A stretch of 58,212 nt of DNA, filler included, from Sluysia triapertura (lineage: Eukaryota): the NCBI GenBank assembly GCA_046118255.1. It is 4 parts of 4 records of this genome, joined end to end, with 100 filler letters (N's around TTAATTAATTAA, not from the genome) between each part and the next. Parts side by side here need not be neighbours in the genome. Positions count along the whole stretch, not along the records: positions 41,085 to 58,212 come from JBJNIA010192494.1; 3 more parts are not named here. One strand, written 5' to 3'. Below, piece by piece: positions 51,581 to 58,212 of this stretch. Below the pieces are notes generated by a model. That model made no database searches, had not been told where the DNA came from, and saw only the letters and a program-made list of their open reading frames with translations. How positions within the stretch are numbered: position 1 is the stretch's first letter; each line of letters starts with the position of its first letter. Both the position numbers and the translations under genes were made by a program.

Positions 51581-53387
51581 GTATTTATAATACTTTTTGC
51601 TATTTTTATGAAATCTAAATTAATTAAATCTAAATTAATTAAAGGATACATAATAGGATTAATATTTTATCTGTAGATAAAATAATTATTATTTGAATTT
51701 TACTGCATAATTAAAAAAAACTTTTAATATATAATTACTGTAATAAAAGTTTTGTAATTACGTTAAAGTTAAAGCAAAACTAAGATGCCTTAGAAATCTC
51801 AGTAGATTTAAAGATTTAAAATTAAGAAAGCATGCCTTCTGATTCACGTAAGTCAATGACATAAATAAAACAAAACTGCATCTTTACAACTTTAAATAGA
51901 GATCAAACAATTTCAAAATAATTACAATTAAATAAAATTAAATAATTACAAATTGAGAAGACGCGAAAAATATGAATTGAATTTCCTTTTATTATAAATT
52001 ATACATAACACCGTTATATGTAAAATAAAAATGGCATATATAAAAAAGTAGAAGCAGATAATTTTAAGAATTTTTACGTCATTGTTTTCGGAATGCTCAA
52101 AATATGTAACAATCAAAAGTTATATTGATAACAGATAATGTGATTTTCATGCTTCAGTGGAGGAAGTTTTTGAAGAAAATGAATTTATTTCCGTTTTATG
52201 TATTTAACAAAAATAACAGTAATTTTAAATTTTATATTTAAATGTTTGGTAATCTATTTTCTGCTTCAAATTTATTTTGCAGTAGATATTAGCTCAATGT
52301 AAATTAATATATTTTTATTATTACTGTTTAATCCCAGTTTGAAGTTGTAAAATTTTAGAATGTGAGAAACATGTAATGGATTCAATCATACTTAGTAGTT
52401 ACAGAAAGTTAAGTATTAAATGGAAGCATCGTAAAAATGAAAAAAACAAATGCTAGAAAGTATAAACCAACACATTAAATTAAAAACATCCATACATAAA
52501 ATTTTTCTTACACGACTTTATTCAATGAAATGTGAATTGTGAATTATTATTATTGATTGATTGATTGATTGATTGATGAAAGTGTATTTTACTGATCGAG
52601 TCTTAGTGTAATTTCTTCTGTTCTTAGACTATAAACCCTTTGAATAACATTTTTGACGACATCGAAATTATGACTTGCAATCATAATCAGTACTTGTCTT
52701 TCGCGTTTTGTTAATTTAAGTTGTAGTTTGGAAACTTATTTATACTTCATCTTAAATCTGACGGTAATTCTTGAACTAATCGCGTTAATAAATGATATTT
52801 TTCTAGACTTTTAACTTATAAACGTTGAATTTTCGCTTTCATTTGAATTAATTATTACTATTATTGTTTATTATTATTATTATTATTATCATTGTTGTTG
52901 TTGCTGTCTTATATTATATTACATTATGTTTTTGAAATTATATAATTAAATAAACCTAGAATCTCTTAGTAAAGTTTTTAAAGATATTTAAGGTACATAA
53001 AGGTTCTTTTAACATCATATCTTAAAGAATTAAAAGTGTGAAATGAAGTTTATTAATAACTTAAGTATTTTAGGATCTAATACGAATGATGTAAATTGAT
53101 GTTTAAATTAAAAATGATTTATCTTCAACTCTTTTGTGTATTTAAAATCAAATATGATAATTTTACCTAAAGCTGTGATTGTTAGATATTTTTTTGGCTG
53201 GTAAAATATTTATTTATTATTAAAAATTTATTAATTATATAAAGAAAAGTTATATAATAATTAAATGAGCTTGAAATCATTTCTCTTTACATTATCTGTG
53301 ACATTTTTATAGGTTTAAAAACAATTACACAATAATTGAAAAGGTAAAAGATATGTTTATTAATTTCTACTAAAATTAAAATTTTTA

Positions 53388-53693
53388 TTATTTCTTTTGT
53401 AGATATTCTATACATCGCCTCGGACCTTGTCTTGAATTGAATTTATTATGAAATTTTACCAATGAATTTGTCCTAGTAATACAGGAACATATACTTGAAA
53501 TTTGTTGTCTCGAAAGCCACTTGATTGTAATCTCAGATATTTTTTCGATAGATCGGATATGGTCTGTAGTTACTTCGACAACCAATCTTGACAAGAATTG
53601 ATGGCTGTTTTTGCTGTAGTCTACTGCATATTGTTGATCAAAGTTTAGTACCATCACAATATTCCAATTATAGTTACGTTTTAAAATTTTCAT
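53388..53693 (-). CDS. Orphan 101-aa ORF, probably the frameshifted continuation of 53722-54432
   Basis: Starts 28 nt after the upstream stop; its frame stays open upstream (TGYYYYLCKRLYYCYFNE-MKIL) across a short TAT repeat overlapping the end of the first ORF. Confidence 0.4.
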   Translation of the reverse strand: MKILKRNYNWNIVMVLNFDQQYAVDYSKNSHQFLSRLVVEVTTDHIRSIEKISEITIKWLSRQQISSICSCITRTNSLVKFHNKFNSRQGPRRCIEYLQKK

Positions 53694-53721
53694 TTCATTA
53701 AAATAACAATAATATAATCGT

Positions 53722-54432
53722 TTACAAAGATAATAATAATAACCGGTTTACGTTGGAAGATGAATCCACGTATTTGAAAATAAACAAATTTGCAGAGGCA
53801 TAAAAATGATTAAAATGTCTTAATCGAAATATGACATTTATAGACATATCAGATTTAACTAAATCGAATAGTAGAATTTTGATATCAAATGTTCTTACAA
53901 ATAGAAATATTATACGAGCTTTCAAATTGTCTAATGATTTTGATAAAACTTTAAAATTTTTAATCATATCTAATTTAATACTTTGTTTAGCAAATACCAA
54001 CTTTACGTAAACTAGATCACGCATAGAACATCTTTTAGTAATATACAGCTTTTGTTGTTCTGAAGGATTAGACAAAAGAATTGTGCTTTCTTGGAAATGA
54101 ATTCGAAAGTCTTTTTGTTTTAAAGAATCTTTTGCTTCACAATAGTCATATCTACTTGGGATATGCTTATTTAATTTATCATATACTTTCATACACAACT
54201 CTAACGATTTCAACGAAATCAAACAAAAGTCATTTTTACTAAATAAGACATTAATTTTCTCATCATTTGTAGAATTACAATGAAGTAACCCATATGATAA
54301 AATAATCTTTTTGATATCTGGTTCCAATATATACATATAAATACATGATTTAATTCTTCTTTTGCTTTCATACTTAAACGTTACCTTTTGCCATTTCTTT
54401 TTATGAAAATATTCAGCATCAAATGTTTGCAT
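53722..54432 (-). CDS. Orphan 236-aa basic protein ORF
   Basis: Long ATG-initiated non-repetitive ORF in very AT-rich DNA, where such length is unlikely by chance; no recognised motif. Confidence 0.5.
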   Translation of the reverse strand: MQTFDAEYFHKKKWQKVTFKYESKRRIKSCIYMYILEPDIKKIILSYGLLHCNSTNDEKINVLFSKNDFCLISLKSLELCMKVYDKLNKHIPSRYDYCEAKDSLKQKDFRIHFQESTILLSNPSEQQKLYITKRCSMRDLVYVKLVFAKQSIKLDMIKNFKVLSKSLDNLKARIIFLFVRTFDIKILLFDLVKSDMSINVIFRLRHFNHFYASANLFIFKYVDSSSNVNRLLLLSL

Positions 54433-54564
54433 TATTTACAAAAATAATATTTAGTAATTTTCGTAGTATTTATCAACAAAATTTTTAATAACTATTATTT
54501 TTAATTAATTTGCATTCACTATTTTTTGAATAATTTTTATTTTTAGCTTTCAAGAACGTGGTTG

Positions 54565-54676
54565 GTCATCCAATCAGGGCCTCTAGTATATAATTAAATG
54601 AATTTAATCCTGATTGGATGACAGGTAGAAAACAAATTTTATTTAGAACAATGATCACTGATGATTGGCCATCATC
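54565..54676. promoter_or_regulatory. Inverted CCAAT-box pair enclosing a TATA-like element, plus a third ATTGG palindrome
   Basis: GTCATCCAATCAGG (54565-54578) and its exact reverse complement CCTGATTGGATGAC (54609-54622) flank TATATAA; GATGATTGGCCATCATC at ~54660. Lies 130-240 bp upstream of the orphan ORF ATG. Confidence 0.5.
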
Positions 54677-55079
54677 AATGTTGACACGATAATGAAGATT
54701 GTGATGAGTAGTGTCAACCAATTTTGACTTTAATGAATATTAAATAATTGTTAAATTTAATAATTTGGTAATAATAATAACAATAACAATATTATTATTA
54801 TTAACAAAAAAAGAAAAAGTAAAATTGCATGAATTCATTTAATTATTAACTCACACGAACTTTCTATCTTTTGTTCTTTATTTCTAGACATATAAAAGAA
54901 AAAAAATGAAATAAAAATTGATAATATTGAATGAAATAGCGACAATAACAGGGCGCACTATGCTCGAGTTATTGTTATTTTGTTGTATAAAATTGAATTC
55001 TTTAAAACTGTACACGATCTTCCTTAATTCATAAAGGTTTCTAACATATTGAAATAAATTAAAAATGTATTTGGGACTA

Positions 55080-56250
55080 AATTTCTGAGTAAGAATTGTT
55101 TTTTGAAAGAATTAATAAGTATAATTGACCTTTGAAGATGTAATAATTGATTTGAGTCGTGAGATGAAATAGAGAATGTTAGAATGAGTTCTTAGATGTT
55201 GATTAAAGTTCATAAATGAAAACGAGATTTAAGTATTGGAAGATCGTAGATAAAAGGCTTATTGAGAAGATTGTAATTTAATAAATCTAAAAAGGCAACT
55301 ACAATACAACTGTTGGTATATTTAAGATATTATTGTTCAATGTTTTGTGTGATTTGTTTATTTGATGGTGTTGTATTGTGTTCTTGATGATTATGTATAA
55401 ACCAATAGTGAATTTAAGATGTTGTGATTGATTCGAATATGTGAAGTAGGTATTTTACATGTTTCAAGTAGATTTGCTGGTGCTATCTAATGGTATTAAA
55501 TGTAATTGTGGTTTATATGTTATAAGTTTGTGACTATGATTTAGTTTAGGCAAATAAACTATTAAATGAATATTATTAAATATTAAAGTGTTACGGGTAA
55601 TTATTAAAGCGTAGTGTAAAATGAAGGATTCGAAAGTACAGAGTGGATTATCTCGAATGTATTTGTTGTTGGATTATTACTGATGTCGAGTTACATGTAG
55701 TTGGTGGATTAGTTAGTGTAAATTGGTAATGCTGGGTGTAATTGTGATTTGTATGTTGTGGAATTGTGAGTATGGATAGATTTAGAAGGTATGTAAGAGA
55801 TGAATGTTTGAGTGTTAAAGTGTGATGAAAAGGAAAAAATATTAGTGTTTAATAAAATTTTAGTGGTTGTAAAGGTTGACCACTACATTTATATGAATCA
55901 AAGGCTGTTAGCGAAACAAGAAAATGTGACTAGTGAAAATAATTCAATCAAAAGTCTGGAAATACAATTACCTAAAACCGATAATAAATAGATTTGTTTG
56001 TAAGGTTCGATAGAATGGTAGTTGAGAAATTAAAGCAGCGTTTGTCATGCTGAAGAAACACTGAAGCAACAGGAACCTTTAAGATTAGAATATTGTAAGT
56101 TGAAGGAAAAATGTGTAGGAAGACGAGAAAAAATTCGCAATTTGGAACGAAAAATTGCAAAAAATTGAAGTTTATTGTCAGAAGTATAATATTAAGTGGG
56201 AATAATTTATATATTATAATAGTAATTATAATAACGGTAATCATTTTATA
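55080..56250 (-). mobile_element. Possible degraded non-LTR retrotransposon
   Basis: Strong G/T-rich plus-strand (A/C-rich minus-strand) skew over ~1.1 kb; no motif could be read with confidence. Confidence 0.2.
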
Positions 56251-58212
56251 ATACTAATAATAATAATAATCAGCATCAAAAATTTGCGAAATTCAATGTG
56301 ACCAAGTTGGTACATTTGTTAGTCTCTCTCGGAAATCCAATTAATATTTCATTGGGCATATGTGTAACAATATGTTTATTTTTCGTTTATGTATTGTCAG
56401 AACCTTCAACATAAGAATAATAACAATAATAACTATAATAATAATATTAATAACAAATTATAAATAATATAATAATATTATTAAATGATATAATAATATT
56501 TTGTTATAATAATAATAATTTTAATAATATAAAAATAATACACAAAATAATAACACATAAAAATAATAATATCATTATTAATCACTTAGTGCAATGAATA
56601 CGTACACGCTAACTAATCTATTCAGAAATTAGTACTGTTAGGTTTCCATCATAACCCTACAAAATAATTTTAAGATGTCATGACACTTTAAATTTATTAA
56701 AACTATTTAAATTCATAAAAAAATTATTTGAAATCATAAAAATATACTAAAATCTTTTAAAATTAATTAAATAACAATTATTTTCCAAAAAAGAAAATTA
56801 GCTTCTCTAAATAGCATAGAAGCTTCTAGAATGTTCTAGAATATTCTAGAACATTCCATTGATTTTCATTGGATGATGACTACTACATAAACTAGCATCA
56901 ATACAATGAAAACCGTCATTTGCAATAATATCAATTGTAATGGAAGCAGCCATTTTAAAATTTTTAGACAGCCATTCTGCAAAAATCCTTGTTAAATTTT
57001 TCACGTGACACAGTTATCTACATCCACAAAATTTGATTCTGCAATGCTGGTAATCTTATGTGACGTTCAGTTTAATGTAAATATTCAGGAAGACAATTTA
57101 GAATATGCTCAGTTTAATGTTAATAATCGTGAACTAAAATTATTGGATGATGAATTATATGTAAACAGTTGAGAAGTAAAGTTGATTAAACGTAAAGAAT
57201 TATCAAGCAAAGTTAATTAATGCTGATTGATGATGCTAACGATATACTGTTTAAAGAATCTGAAGTTGATCAATGAAATCAGTATATTTGTTGACCAATG
57301 ATTACAATTTCCAATCAATACATTTCGAAAATAATGTATATCATCCAATGAGGTTGAAGATGATCTTGAAGTGAATCCAAGACGGCGTAACAAAAGAAGC
57401 TACTGCTTTGCATCTGCAAGAAGAAATTATCAAGTATGCATTTTATTAACATTGTGTACTTTTACAAACGTAATAATTTTTATAAAGTTTCTTAGTGTTA
57501 TTTTGTGTTTAGGCCAGTTCAGTTCCTCAAAATTAATATCACTAATTATGCCAAATTAATATATGTAGTGTTCAGAATAAAATATAAAGTTTTATATCTT
57601 TTAAAACATAATTCTCTGATACAATTGTCGGTATGCATGTTAAAATAAACACGAGCCGACATTATCGTCGTAAACTCATTAAACACTCAGTAAACAAAAT
57701 TCGCGTGATAATAAATTTAAAATGTACGAGAGAACTGCTAGATGATAGAATCTAAGATAATATCATGTTTTATCTTATGAACTTCAAATTAAACTAGAAA
57801 AAATCATAATTTAAGTAAAATGTTGAAAAATAACATAGTTTGTCTTTTAAAATCCATAACTCGACTTAATTACATATATAAGCTGATAATTGTATATTTA
57901 CATTTCAATCTCATGACACAAGAAGCACAAAACAATTTTATGGAACCATATCTATAAAACTAAATAACACTTGAGATTGTGTTGTGAAATATATTCTGGC
58001 TCTTTTTTAAAATTCACATAATAAAGATTCCATTTTAAGACCCACACTTCACAAAATGGAATCCGTCATTATTCGAATAATATGCACCGACAACTTTTTT
58101 TACTAAAAGTACCAATCCAATAATCTCGTAGCAAGTGTAAATAATTTATGTGTATCTGTAAATATATTAATGTATAAAAAATTTAAATAATTGAGTATTT
58201 TAAAAATAATTA

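Noticed and set aside
57030-57440. piggyBac-like acidic N-terminal transposase fragment
   Set aside because: Only compositional resemblance (D/E-rich, then RRRNKR); no catalytic motif or TIR seen.

Overview
AT-rich eukaryotic (metazoan, probably invertebrate) genomic DNA, not prokaryotic. The window is four separate scaffolds joined by artificial 100-bp N44-TTAATTAATTAA-N44 linkers (12526-12625, 26296-26395, 40985-41084), plus two ordinary N gaps, so gene neighbourhood across linkers is meaningless. Recognisable spliced genes, all partial and on the + strand: one KH-domain exon of a Quaking/HOW STAR protein, the 3' seven exons of WDHD1/AND-1/Ctf4 (no C-terminal HMG box), the last two exons of SNRNP200/Brr2, and the first four exons of MAPK15/ERK7-8 with 34-36 nt introns. 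A frameshifted TTLL3/8 tubulin glycylase pseudogene lies antisense upstream of the Brr2 exons, and an orphan ~1-kb ORF with an inverted CCAAT-box promoter lies antisense downstream of the MAPK15 exons. The rest is decayed transposons (three Tc1/mariner types including a DD39D-like element, Helitron PIF1 and Lep1-like relics, Penelope-like GIY-YIG, probable hAT, piggyBac and MULE remnants), abundant (AAT)n microsatellites and other decayed reading frames. The best leads are microsatellites abutting splice sites (including a complementary (AAT)n/(TAT)n pair bracketing one WDHD1 exon) and a repeat family at 39.2-41 kb with a conserved head followed by arrays of short palindromes. All protein identities come from manual translation and remembered family motifs, not database searches.
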